32,000 bases of DNA from Schaalia odontolytica (GCF_005696695.1 NZ_CP040006.1:1410001-1442000), one strand, 5' to 3'. Counted from the first letter of the stretch, positions 15,828-23,524 are shown. Made by a program: numbers and translations. Notes: generated by a model from the sequence alone, not told the origin.

Positions 15828-18392
15828 ATGCCAGGCCTGAACCTGACTCGCGAGGAAGCGACCGAGCGCGCCTCGGTCATTTCCTCTGTGACCCGCTATG
15901 AGATCTCCCTGGACCTCACGCGCGGAGACACCGACTTCGGTTCATTCACCCGCATCGAGTTCGACGCGCGCGAAGGCGCCTCCACGTTCGCTGACCTCGT
16001 GTCCAACAACGTCCACTCGATCACGCTGAACGGCAATGCCCTGGACCCCTTCTCGGTGCACCAGGACAACCGCATCGCGCTGGAGAACCTTGCCGAGCAC
16101 AACGTCCTCGAAGTTGAGGCATCCTGCCAGTACATGCACACCGGCGAGGGCCTGCACCGCTTCGTCGACCCCGCCGACGGCCAGGCCTACACCTACTCCC
16201 AGTTCGAGGTCCCGGACGCCCGCCGCGTCTACACGACCTTCGAGCAGCCCGACCTGAAGTCCACCTTCACCCTCACGGTCAAGGCCCCCAAGGGTTGGAA
16301 GGTCTTCTCCAACGCGCCGACCCCCACCCCCGAGGAAGAGGGCGAGGCCTGGATCTACCGCTTCGCGACCACCGAGGTCATGTCGACCTACATCACCGCG
16401 ATCGTCGCCGGCCCCTACGAGGGCACGACGGCCACGCTGACCTCCTCCGACGGCCGCACGATCGACCTGGGGGTCTACGCCCGTGCCTCGATCGTTGAGC
16501 ACCTGGATGCCGACGAGATCATCGAGATCACCCGCCAGGGCTTCGAGTTCTTCGAGGGTGCCTACGGCATCGCGTACCCCTTCACCAAGTACGACCAGAT
16601 CTTCGTGCCCGAGTACAACGCGGGCGCTATGGAGAACGCCGGCTGTGTGACCTTCCGCGACGCCTACGTATTCCGCACCCGTCCCACCGAGGCTCAGATG
16701 GAGGCTCGCGCTAACACGATCCTGCACGAGCTGGCACACATGTGGTTCGGCGACCTGGTCACCATGAAGTGGTGGAACGACCTGTGGCTCAACGAGTCTT
16801 TCGCCGAGTTCATGAGCCACCTGGCTCTGGCCGAGGCCACCAAGTACACCGAAGGCTGGACGGGCTTCATGGTCCGCAAGGACTGGGGTCTCAAGCAGGA
16901 TCAGCTGCCCACGACCCACCCGATTACGGCCGAGATCCGCGACCTGGCCGACGTCGAGGTCAACTTCGACGGCATCACCTACGCCAAGGGCGCCTCCGTG
17001 CTGCGCCAGCTCGTCTCCTACGTGGGACGCGACGCCTTCTTCGCGGGCCTGCACGAGTACCTGACGAAGCACTCCTACGCCAACGCCACGCTGGACGACC
17101 TGCTCTCCGAGCTGGCCGCCGCCTCGGGCCGCGACCTGGCCTCGTGGTCGAAGGTGTGGCTGGAGGAAGCCGGCGTCACCCTCCTGCGTCCGGTCATCAC
17201 GACCTCTGAGGACGGCACGATCGAGCGCCTCGAGATCATGCAGGAAGCCTTCTCCGAGGGTGCCTCCCTGCGCCCGCACCGCATGGGCGTGGCCGGCTAC
17301 TCGCTGACCGAAGAGGGCACGCTGGCCCAGGTCTTCCGCGAGGAGCTCGACATTGACGGCGCGTCCACGGTCATCGAAGCCGCCGCGGGCATCGCTCGCC
17401 CGGACTTCATCCTCGTCAACGACGGAGACCTCGGCTACGCCAAGGTCCGCCTCGACGAGCAGTCCCTGGCCTTCGCGATCACCAACATCACCAAGTTCAC
17501 GGACTCCCTGACCCGCGGCGTCGTCATGGCCTCCGCGTGGGACATGACCCGCGACGGCGAGATGCCGGCACGCGACTACCTGAACCTGGCCCTGCGCGCC
17601 GTTCCCGTCGAGGACAACATGAGTCTCCTGACGCTCACCCTGCGTCACATCGACGAGGCCGTGCGCACCTTCGTGGCACCGCAGTACCGCGCCGAGGCCG
17701 CCGAGGACACGGGCCGTCGCCTGCTCCTCCTGGCTCGCACTGCCGCCTCCGGCTCCGACGCGCAGCGCATGCTCGTCGCAGCCGCGGCCCGCAACGCGAC
17801 CAGCCCCGAGCAGTTCGAGGCCATCCGCGCCCTCTACGACGGCACCCAGACCCTGGACGGCCTGGACCTCGACGTCGACCTCAAGTGGGACCTGCTGATC
17901 GCCCTGGTGCGCGGAGGCGCCGCAACCGAAGAGGACATCGCAGCCCTGGAGGCCACCGACGACACAATGACCGGTCACCAGAACGCGGCCGCCGCTCGTG
18001 CGGCTCGCGAGGGCGAGTGGATCAAGGCCGACGTGTGGGACAAGGTCCTCACCGACACCTCGATCCCCAACGACACCCGCTGGGCGATGATCTCGGGCTT
18101 CTGGGCGCAGGCGCGTACCAACCCGTCGGCATACGCCAGCTACGTGGGCGAGTACTTCGAGGCCCTGGCGGGCATCTGGGAGACCTTCACCTTCCACACC
18201 GCCGAGGACCTCACGACGCTGCTCTTCCCGAATGCGCTGGCGGGCTACGCCCCCGAGGTCGACGTGGTCGCCTCCGGCAAGGCCTGGATCGAGGCTCACG
18301 CGGACGCGTCCGCCGGCACGATCCGCATCATCCGCGAGCTCATCGACGTGTGTGAGCGTCAGATCGCCAACCAGGCGGTGGACGCGGGCTGA
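15828..18392 (+). CDS. pepN: Aminopeptidase N (M1 family)
   Basis: GAMENAG exopeptidase motif. HELAHMWFGDLVTMKWWNDLWLNESFAEF (HExxH-x18-E). GGAAAGG 6 nt upstream of the ATG. 854 aa. Confidence 0.95.
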   Translation: MPGLNLTREEATERASVISSVTRYEISLDLTRGDTDFGSFTRIEFDAREGASTFADLVSNNVHSITLNGNALDPFSVHQDNRIALENLAEHNVLEVEASCQYMHTGEGLHRFVDPADGQAYTYSQFEVPDARRVYTTFEQPDLKSTFTLTVKAPKGWKVFSNAPTPTPEEEGEAWIYRFATTEVMSTYITAIVAGPYEGTTATLTSSDGRTIDLGVYARASIVEHLDADEIIEITRQGFEFFEGAYGIAYPFTKYDQIFVPEYNAGAMENAGCVTFRDAYVFRTRPTEAQMEARANTILHELAHMWFGDLVTMKWWNDLWLNESFAEFMSHLALAEATKYTEGWTGFMVRKDWGLKQDQLPTTHPITAEIRDLADVEVNFDGITYAKGASVLRQLVSYVGRDAFFAGLHEYLTKHSYANATLDDLLSELAAASGRDLASWSKVWLEEAGVTLLRPVITTSEDGTIERLEIMQEAFSEGASLRPHRMGVAGYSLTEEGTLAQVFREELDIDGASTVIEAAAGIARPDFILVNDGDLGYAKVRLDEQSLAFAITNITKFTDSLTRGVVMASAWDMTRDGEMPARDYLNLALRAVPVEDNMSLLTLTLRHIDEAVRTFVAPQYRAEAAEDTGRRLLLLARTAASGSDAQRMLVAAAARNATSPEQFEAIRALYDGTQTLDGLDLDVDLKWDLLIALVRGGAATEEDIAALEATDDTMTGHQNAAAARAAREGEWIKADVWDKVLTDTSIPNDTRWAMISGFWAQARTNPSAYASYVGEYFEALAGIWETFTFHTAEDLTTLLFPNALAGYAPEVDVVASGKAWIEAHADASAGTIRIIRELIDVCERQIANQAVDAG

Positions 18393-18412
18393 TCAGCCTC
18401 TCAGAGACGCCA

Positions 18413-18440
18413 GGGGGCGTGGCCGCGTGGCCACGCCCCC
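18413..18440 (+). terminator. pepN terminator hairpin
   Basis: 12-bp perfect stem, GGGGGCGTGGCC pairing with GGCCACGCCCCC, with a 4-nt loop, followed by TTCGTCTGTCT. It begins 21 nt after the pepN stop. Confidence 0.65.
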
Positions 18441-18490
18441 TTCGTCTGTCTACCCGTACTGTCGCTTCTTGAACGTCTTGTGACAGGAAG

Positions 18491-18524
18491 AATCCGGGCC
18501 CGATCTTTCGACCGGGCCCGGATT
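18491..18524 (-). terminator. Terminator hairpin of the cell-wall-binding-repeat gene
   Basis: 12-bp perfect stem, AATCCGGGCCCG pairing with CGGGCCCGGATT, with a 10-nt loop. It begins 9 nt after the minus-strand stop. The U tract is weak. Confidence 0.5.
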
Positions 18525-18533
18525 ACTCACTGA

Positions 18534-19727
18534 TTAACGCCCACGGTGATACTCACAGGCGATACCGTCACCATCACGGTCAAGATCAAGGCTGTAACCG
18601 GGCTGTCCCCGATACAGAGGAGCTTTGCCCGCACGCCTCACCTCGTCACAGTTCTTGTAATACGCGGAAGAAGAGGAACCGCCGCTGCTTGCCGATGGGG
18701 CCGAGGCAACCGGGTACAGGCCCCACCACACGCCCGAGTCGTAGAACCAGTGGCGCTCGCCGCCAATCCACTGAGTACCTGTCACCATGACGCCAGACGC
18801 GTTCAGGTAGTACCAGGAGCCTTCCTGGCTGAGCCAGCCGGTAACCATCGCACCGGACTCGTTGAAGTAGTACCAGGAGCCACCGACCGCGTTCCAACCA
18901 CTCACCATGACGCCCGAGCCGTTCAGGTAGAACCAGGTACCGCCCTGGCTGAGCCAGCCGGTCTTCATGGCGCCGGAGGAGTTCAGGAAGTACCAGGAAC
19001 CACCCTGCTTGAGCCAGCCGGTGACCATCGCACCGGACTCGTTGAAGTAGTACCAGGTGCCGCCAATCGCGTTCCAACCGCTCACCATCGCACCCGAGCC
19101 ACTGAGGTAGTACCAGGTGCCGCCCTGGTTAAGCCAGCCAGTCTTCATGGCACCGGAGGCCTCCAGGTAGTACCAAGTGCCATCGACCGTGATCCAGCCA
19201 GTGCGCATCACTCCGCTCTGCGGGTCCAGGAAGTACCAGGTTCCCGACACATTGGCCCATCCGCGCACCTGAGCACCCGAGGGCGCAAAGTACTCCCACG
19301 CTCCCCCAAGGTTGTACCACCCGGTCACCATGTATCCGCTGCCGTTGAATCGGTATGTTGCCCCATCGATGTCACGCTTTTCATCGCGTGCGTACGACCC
19401 ATTGTCCAGGTCATACCACCAGCCCACCGAATCCATCTTCCACGAGGGCTTCGGCGCGGGGGCCGGTTCCGGGGTGGGGGCCGGTTCCGGGGTGGGGGCC
19501 GGTTCCGGGGTGGGGACAGGCTCAGGGGTGGGGGATGAATCCGCCGTAGGTTCAGCGGTGGGATCCACCGTCGGCTCCCCCACCGGGACCTCGACGGCGA
19601 CGCCCACAGGCTCACCGTCTTGGCTCGAAACGGCTGGGAAGGCATAAGCGGGAGCCAACGGGCCAACAACGAGGGCGGCAGCACCAAGGGCTGCCATCAC
19701 GCTCCTGCGCATATTGATGGGTCGCAT
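18534..19727 (-). CDS. Secreted cell-wall-binding-repeat protein with C-terminal Excalibur domain
   Basis: Signal peptide MRPINMRRSVMAALGAAALVVGPLAPAYA-FP. PEPAPT proline linker. About 11 repeats of about 20 aa fitting GW-x4-G-x-WYY(L/F)-x3-G-x-M-x-(T/S) (choline/glucan-binding CW_binding_1 type). C-terminal KNCDEVRRAGKAPLYRGQPGYSLDLDRDGDGIACE (Excalibur DxDxDGxxCE). GAGAGGA RBS. Confidence 0.85.
   Translation of the reverse strand: MRPINMRRSVMAALGAAALVVGPLAPAYAFPAVSSQDGEPVGVAVEVPVGEPTVDPTAEPTADSSPTPEPVPTPEPAPTPEPAPTPEPAPAPKPSWKMDSVGWWYDLDNGSYARDEKRDIDGATYRFNGSGYMVTGWYNLGGAWEYFAPSGAQVRGWANVSGTWYFLDPQSGVMRTGWITVDGTWYYLEASGAMKTGWLNQGGTWYYLSGSGAMVSGWNAIGGTWYYFNESGAMVTGWLKQGGSWYFLNSSGAMKTGWLSQGGTWFYLNGSGVMVSGWNAVGGSWYYFNESGAMVTGWLSQEGSWYYLNASGVMVTGTQWIGGERHWFYDSGVWWGLYPVASAPSASSGGSSSSAYYKNCDEVRRAGKAPLYRGQPGYSLDLDRDGDGIACEYHRGR
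18720..19427 (-). repeat. Array of ~60-nt coding repeats (cell-wall-binding repeats), including a 180-bp higher-order duplication
   Basis: 60-nt periodicity is visible on the + strand (..gagccagccggt..accat..gtagtaccagg..). Blocks 18831-19010 and 19011-19190 align colinearly at roughly 80-90 percent identity by eye. Confidence 0.85.
19449..19532 (-). repeat. 18-nt tandem repeats encoding the PEPAPT linker
   Basis: Three perfect copies of GGGGGCCGGTTCCGGGGT at 19458-19511 (+ strand), plus degenerate flanking copies. Peptide: PTPEPVPTPEPAPTPEPAPTPEPAPAPKP. Confidence 0.9.
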
Positions 19728-19833
19728 ATCTTATTCCTCTCTGAATAGAAGACGGTGAGCGCGCACATCCCTTCAGCGGGCCAGGTACGCTCTGTCGACG
19801 AATGCACATTAGTTTCGCAGCATTCCTTTACTG

Positions 19834-19862
19834 ACTATACACAAGGTAAAGTGACACACCAA
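19834..19862 (-). promoter_or_regulatory. Candidate promoter of the cell-wall-binding-repeat gene (TTGGTG-17-TATAGT on minus strand)
   Basis: -10 TATAGT (+ strand ACTATA, 19834-19839) and -35 TTGGTG (19857-19862), in an AT-rich spacer about 105 nt upstream of the ATG. Pattern match only. Confidence 0.3.
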
Positions 19863-19914
19863 ATAAGACGCCATCCTCGTTGCCAGTCGCGGTGAAAAGA
19901 CATCGATACGCACG

Positions 19915-19952
19915 AAAAAGCCCCGCCGATGAGCAAACTCACCGGCGGGGCT
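19915..19952 (-). terminator. Canonical intrinsic terminator of the CAP-domain gene
   Basis: On the minus strand: AGCCCCGCCG...CGGCGGGGCT, a 10-bp stem extended by inner TGAG/CTCA pairing, followed by TTTTT. It begins 12 nt after the stop codon. Confidence 0.75.
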
Positions 19953-19965
19953 TCAGAGTGATACG

Positions 19966-21891
19966 TCAGCGCTTAGCTCGACGCGATGCGACAACCGCAC
20001 CAGCGCCGGCAACCAGAACCGCAACGGCTCCCACGCCCACCCACACGGAGGACGCACCGGTTGCTGCGAGGGCATCAGCGCGCGCCTGCGTCGGGGTGGA
20101 AGCATCCCGGGATGCAGGGGTGGAGGCCTGCGTCGGATCAGCACTCGGGGTGATGTCAACGCGAGCAGTCACCGTTCCCTGATCGTCGGCGGGAGCGTTC
20201 GTCTCAGGTGCAGCCGGGGTGGTATCACCGTTCGCAGGGGCGGAAGGCGCAACAGACGGGTCACCGCCACCGTTGGCGGGGGCCGAAGGCGCGGCAGACG
20301 GGTCGCCACCACCGTTGGCGGGGGCCGAAGGCGCGGCAGACGGAACGGAAGGAGCAGGCGTCTGACCGGGCTTCTGGCCCACGGAGGGGTTGTCGTCGCC
20401 GTTCGCGAGCGCGGATGCCTCATCCGACGAGGCCTGCTGATCCGGCGTCGAACCGGCACCGTCACCCACGGAGGGGTTGTTGCCATCCTGCTCGACAGAG
20501 AGGGTCGTGCAGCGCATGAGGACATCGCGATACTCGGTGGCGGTCAGGTAGCGGCCAGCGTTCTCGCCCCCCTGCAACGTGACGCCACCATCCTTTTCGG
20601 GGCGCACGGCGGTCTGGGATGCAATGGACTCCGCGACACGATCAAGCTCAGCGTCGATATCCGCGAGAGAGGTGGCGGGCTTGCTCTCCTCAGCCGAGGC
20701 CAGGTACTCGTCCAGAGCAGCCTGAGCGGCGTTGACAGACGCCTGCGCATCAATCACGGCCTGCTGACGATCAGCGGAGGGTGCGGTGTCGGCGGGTGCG
20801 GGAGTCGAGGTCGCGGGAGCAGCAGATCCAGCCTTTGCTGGGAGGCTCGACACGTCGACGGGGAGGGCAACACCGGGAAGGGAGCCCACCTTGTTCTGCC
20901 AGGAGTTGGCGCGCTGCGCGTCTCCGCCACCCGCGAGGCCGGAGACGTAGTTGGTGTTGTCGGCGTTGAAAGCGGAACCGTCGAAGCCGTACGCGGACGC
21001 AGTATCGCCAGTCGTGTGGAAGCGCGACACGTTGGGCGAGCCGCCGGTGACGGCGTAGAACTTCTGCGTGCCGTAGATACGCGTGAAGTTACCGTGCTTC
21101 GCGATGTGCACGCCGACGCCAACAACGTTGTTCTGGGCCAGCATGTTCTTGTCGTGGCCAGAGGAGTTCTTCCACTGATCGAAGAGGGCGTCTGCCGCCT
21201 GCATCGGGTTCTTGGAGGTGCCGTAGGCGCCCCACTTGTCGCCAAAGTTCTCACGGTGGTTGTAGGCGATGTTCTCACCGGCGTAGGTCGTGTCACCGCC
21301 GTCGAGCTTGCCTGCGCCGAAGTACTTGTAGTCCGGGTCGTGGCTGAAGTCATCGCTGTCCGACATGTGCTTGCTCCACGCACGAGCGTCGGTGGTCACC
21401 GTGTCAGAGACAACCAGCTCCGGCAGGCCAGCGTTGGCTCGGTAGGCGTTCATCTTCTGAATGACGAGAGCCTCGATGATCCGCGCCTGGGTGGCGTCGT
21501 CAACCTGGGACCAGTCAACCCAGTCGAGGCCCCGGCTCGCAGTATCCGCTGCGGGCGCAGCCTCACCGGCGGAGGAGGTGGGCTCAAGGGCGCTCTGCTG
21601 CGCCGCCTCGAGTGCGGCCTGCGCATCGGCGAGGGCAGCTCGCAGCTCGGACTCACGGGCGGGGTCCAGGGCGGGTGTCGCAGAGTTACCCGCGGCCGCG
21701 GCGGCGTAGCTCGCCAGAAGCGGATTGTATTCAGCGGTGATGCGACCTTCCGCCCCCGACAGGGCGTTGCAGAACGCGTCGCTGGTCGTCTCGTTTCCCT
21801 CAGCGAGGGTGGGGATGACAACGAGCGAAGCCGCGATCGTGGTTGCAGCGAGAACCACGGACGTGTGTGTACGAGTGAGCTGGAACGACAT
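19966..21891 (-). CDS. Cell-wall-anchored (LAxTG) surface protein with CAP/SCP/PR-1-like domain
   Basis: Signal peptide MSFQLTRTHTSVVLAATTIAASLVVIPTLAEG. CAP-domain motifs at about aa 136-279: IIEALVIQKMNAYRANAGLPEL, AWSKHM, YAGENIAY, LFDQWKNSSGHDKNML, VGVGVH. The C terminus is LAATG (20056-20070), then a hydrophobic stretch SSVWVGVGAVAVLVAGAGAVVA, then RRAKR. This is a sortase sorting signal of the LAxTG (class E) type. Confidence 0.85.
   Translation of the reverse strand: MSFQLTRTHTSVVLAATTIAASLVVIPTLAEGNETTSDAFCNALSGAEGRITAEYNPLLASYAAAAAGNSATPALDPARESELRAALADAQAALEAAQQSALEPTSSAGEAAPAADTASRGLDWVDWSQVDDATQARIIEALVIQKMNAYRANAGLPELVVSDTVTTDARAWSKHMSDSDDFSHDPDYKYFGAGKLDGGDTTYAGENIAYNHRENFGDKWGAYGTSKNPMQAADALFDQWKNSSGHDKNMLAQNNVVGVGVHIAKHGNFTRIYGTQKFYAVTGGSPNVSRFHTTGDTASAYGFDGSAFNADNTNYVSGLAGGGDAQRANSWQNKVGSLPGVALPVDVSSLPAKAGSAAPATSTPAPADTAPSADRQQAVIDAQASVNAAQAALDEYLASAEESKPATSLADIDAELDRVAESIASQTAVRPEKDGGVTLQGGENAGRYLTATEYRDVLMRCTTLSVEQDGNNPSVGDGAGSTPDQQASSDEASALANGDDNPSVGQKPGQTPAPSVPSAAPSAPANGGGDPSAAPSAPANGGGDPSVAPSAPANGDTTPAAPETNAPADDQGTVTARVDITPSADPTQASTPASRDASTPTQARADALAATGASSVWVGVGAVAVLVAGAGAVVASRRAKR
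20224..20343 (-). repeat. 42-nt in-frame tandem repeats (PSAAPSAPANGGGD x about 2.9)
   Basis: Near-identical 42-nt units on the + strand: gacgggtc(a/g)cc(g/a)ccaccgttggcgggggccgaaggcgcggca. Peptide: PSAAPSAPANGGGD PSAAPSAPANGGGD PSVAPSAPANGD. Confidence 0.9.
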
Positions 21892-22117
21892 TGACTACCG
21901 GCCTAACACGATGGAACAAGAACAGGTAAATCTTTCCACGCGGTACAGCATTTTTCAAGGTTTTTTCAGTAAGTCTTTACAGGTGAATCCACCTATTTTC
22001 AATGCTTTCTCAGTTTGACAGATTTTGAACATCCCATATGCCGATACCGAAACGTTATAATTCGGATAAAACAACTGACCAAGCTGCAATCACAAGCATG
22101 ACCACTGCTCACGCAAT

Positions 22118-22149
22118 AAAAAAAATCGACACCCGAAATCGGATGTCGA
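22118..22149 (-). terminator. Intrinsic terminator of tRNA-Ala
   Basis: On the minus strand: TCGACATCCG-ATTT-CGGGTGTCGA, a 10-bp stem with one G-U pair, followed by T8. It begins 9 nt after the tRNA 3-prime end. Confidence 0.75.
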
Positions 22150-22158
22150 AATTTTCTG

Positions 22159-22231
22159 TGGAGCTAGGGGGATTCGAACCCCCGACCTCTTCCATGCCAT
22201 GGAAGCGCGCTACCAACTGCGCCATAGCCCC
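22159..22231 (-). tRNA. tRNA-Ala (anticodon GGC)
   Basis: 73-nt cloverleaf. Acceptor stem GGGGCTA/TAGCTCC with the G3:U70 alanine identity pair. D arm GCGC-AGTTGGTA-GCGC. Anticodon arm CTTCC-ATGGCAT-GGAAG. T arm GGGGG-TTCGAAT-CCCCC. Discriminator A. CCA is not encoded. Confidence 0.95.
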
Positions 22232-22264
22232 GTTATTTAGTTCGTCGCCCTGGCGACCTGATAA

Positions 22265-22294
22265 ATAATAGCGGACCTTTCAAGAATGACGCAA
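22265..22294 (-). promoter_or_regulatory. Candidate tRNA-Ala promoter (TTGCGT-18-TATTAT on minus strand)
   Basis: -10 TATTAT (+ strand ATAATA, 22265-22270) and -35 TTGCGT (22289-22294). This would give a leader of about 25 nt for RNase P processing. Pattern match only. Confidence 0.3.
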
Positions 22295-22367
22295 ATCCAA
22301 TCGAGTGCCCCTCGTCACAACGCTCAATAACCTTGATATTCGGCGGTAACGAGGGGCCCGAGAGCCA

Positions 22368-23102
22368 TCATGCCCCCAAAATGTCCTCACGAGAGCCGAT
22401 GTTATGCGACGCCAGCCGCCACCCGCTGATGGCCGCGCTCTTAGAGGTCGACATCCCGACAGGCACGAGCTCCGACCAGTGGCAGTTATCGACTCCGCGC
22501 AGCCCATTGAAAACCGCCGGATCCAGGCCCAGCAGCGACACGATGCCGCGCGCGATCGCAGAGCCATGCGAAACGACGATCAGAGACTGGTCCCCGCGGC
22601 ACGCCCGTGCCGCTTCCAGGACGGCATCGCGAACGCGCTCACCCACGACCTCGGAGCGTTCCACCTCGGCGATGTCACACTCCCCCTGCGCGCGATACTG
22701 CGCGTAGGCCTCGGGCTGCTCGGCGGCTATCTCCTCGTAGGTCTTGCCCTCAAAGCTCCCGTAGAAGCGCTCCGTAAGCCGCTCGTCGAGTTCCGGCCCC
22801 TCGCACGGGTAGCCCGCGATGTCAAAGACGCGTGCGATGATCCTCGCAGTATCCACCGCGCGCCCCAGGGGCGAGCTCACGATGCGCACTCCCCCGTCGT
22901 CGTAGCTGCGCCCATCTTCGGCGGCAATCATGCCAACCTCGGCACTCGGCTCGCACAGGCGGCTCACCAGCACGCCGGCGGCACCCGCCGCCTGGGAACG
23001 ACCGGCCTCGTTCAGGGGCTGATCGATACGCCCCTGAAAGCGCCGTGCAAGGTTGAAGTCCGTCTGGCCGTGGCGCAGCAGGACGATCCGCGAGGCGCTC
23101 AC
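22368..23102 (-). CDS. Histidine phosphatase (phosphoglycerate-mutase-like) family protein
   Basis: RHG motif IVLLRHGQTDFN, and a second catalytic His region VVSHGSAI. The GTG start overlaps the rsfS stop (GTGA at 23099-23102). The gene occupies the position held by a histidine phosphatase downstream of rsfS in other Actinobacteria. Confidence 0.85.
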   Translation of the reverse strand: MSASRIVLLRHGQTDFNLARRFQGRIDQPLNEAGRSQAAGAAGVLVSRLCEPSAEVGMIAAEDGRSYDDGGVRIVSSPLGRAVDTARIIARVFDIAGYPCEGPELDERLTERFYGSFEGKTYEEIAAEQPEAYAQYRAQGECDIAEVERSEVVGERVRDAVLEAARACRGDQSLIVVSHGSAIARGIVSLLGLDPAVFNGLRGVDNCHWSELVPVGMSTSKSAAISGWRLASHNIGSREDILGA

Positions 23103-23524
23103 TGCGCACTCTCCACCCCGTGCGCGGCAGCACGCTCGGCGGCAGCGGCGCGGGCCTCGTCGGTGTCTACGTCAATCGGCACGGCCGGGCAGTCGCCCCA
23201 CAGGCGCTCGAGAGCGTAGTACTCGCGTTCTTCCTCGGACAGGACGTGGACGAGCAGATCCGAGTAGTCCAGGAGCACCCACGTACCCTCCGCGCGCCCC
23301 TCGATGTGGGCGGGGCGGCGCTGATGCTCGGCCCAGATACGATCCATGATGTCCTCGGCAATAGCACGCACCTGACGGTCCGTCGGCGCCGAAACAACCA
23401 CGAAGGCGTCCGCCAGGGCGAGCTTGCTGGTCACGTCAACAAGCACCGGGTTGATACCGCCGCGGTCGTGCGCGGCGCGAGCAACCAGGCTCGCCAGTTC
23501 TGCGGTAGCGTCGGGAAGGCTCAC
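23099..23524 (-). CDS. rsfS: Ribosome silencing factor RsfS (iojap family)
   Basis: 141 aa. Motifs: INPVLVDV...LADAFVVVSA.T.RQVRAIAEDI and WVLLDYSDLLVHVLSEEEREYYALERLW, typical of RsfS. Lies downstream of nadD. Confidence 0.9.
   Translation of the reverse strand: MSLPDATAELASLVARAAHDRGGINPVLVDVTSKLALADAFVVVSAPTDRQVRAIAEDIMDRIWAEHQRRPAHIEGRAEGTWVLLDYSDLLVHVLSEEEREYYALERLWGDCPAVPIDVDTDEARAAAAERAAAHGVESAQ

Noticed and set aside
15942-18299. 785-aa ORF on the minus strand antisense to pepN
   Set aside because: Same high-GC mirror-frame artefact. pepN on the + strand carries the GAMEN and HExxH-x18-E motifs, and the antisense product has none.
18720-20343. Regularly spaced repeats (60-nt, 18-nt and 42-nt units) considered as a possible CRISPR array or non-coding satellite
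   Set aside because: All units are multiples of 3 and lie in frame within two ORFs encoding recognisable protein repeats. There are no unique spacers between conserved repeats and no cas genes.
18546-21894. + strand ORFs 18546-19538 (330 aa) and 21016-21894 (292 aa) opposite the two surface-protein genes
   Set aside because: These are antisense translations of repeat-rich, high-GC coding DNA. They have no signal, motif or RBS support, whereas the minus-strand frames have signal peptides, known domains and terminators.
22038-22268. 76-aa + strand ORF
   Set aside because: It overlaps the tRNA-Ala gene and its terminator on the opposite strand. The 5-prime part is AT-rich intergenic sequence.
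21892-22367. tRNA-Ala-adjacent AT-rich DNA considered as an integrative-element or prophage junction
   Set aside because: No integrase, excisionase or phage gene is present in the window, and I found no direct repeat of the tRNA 3-prime end. The AT-rich stretches are adequately explained as promoter, leader and terminator regions.
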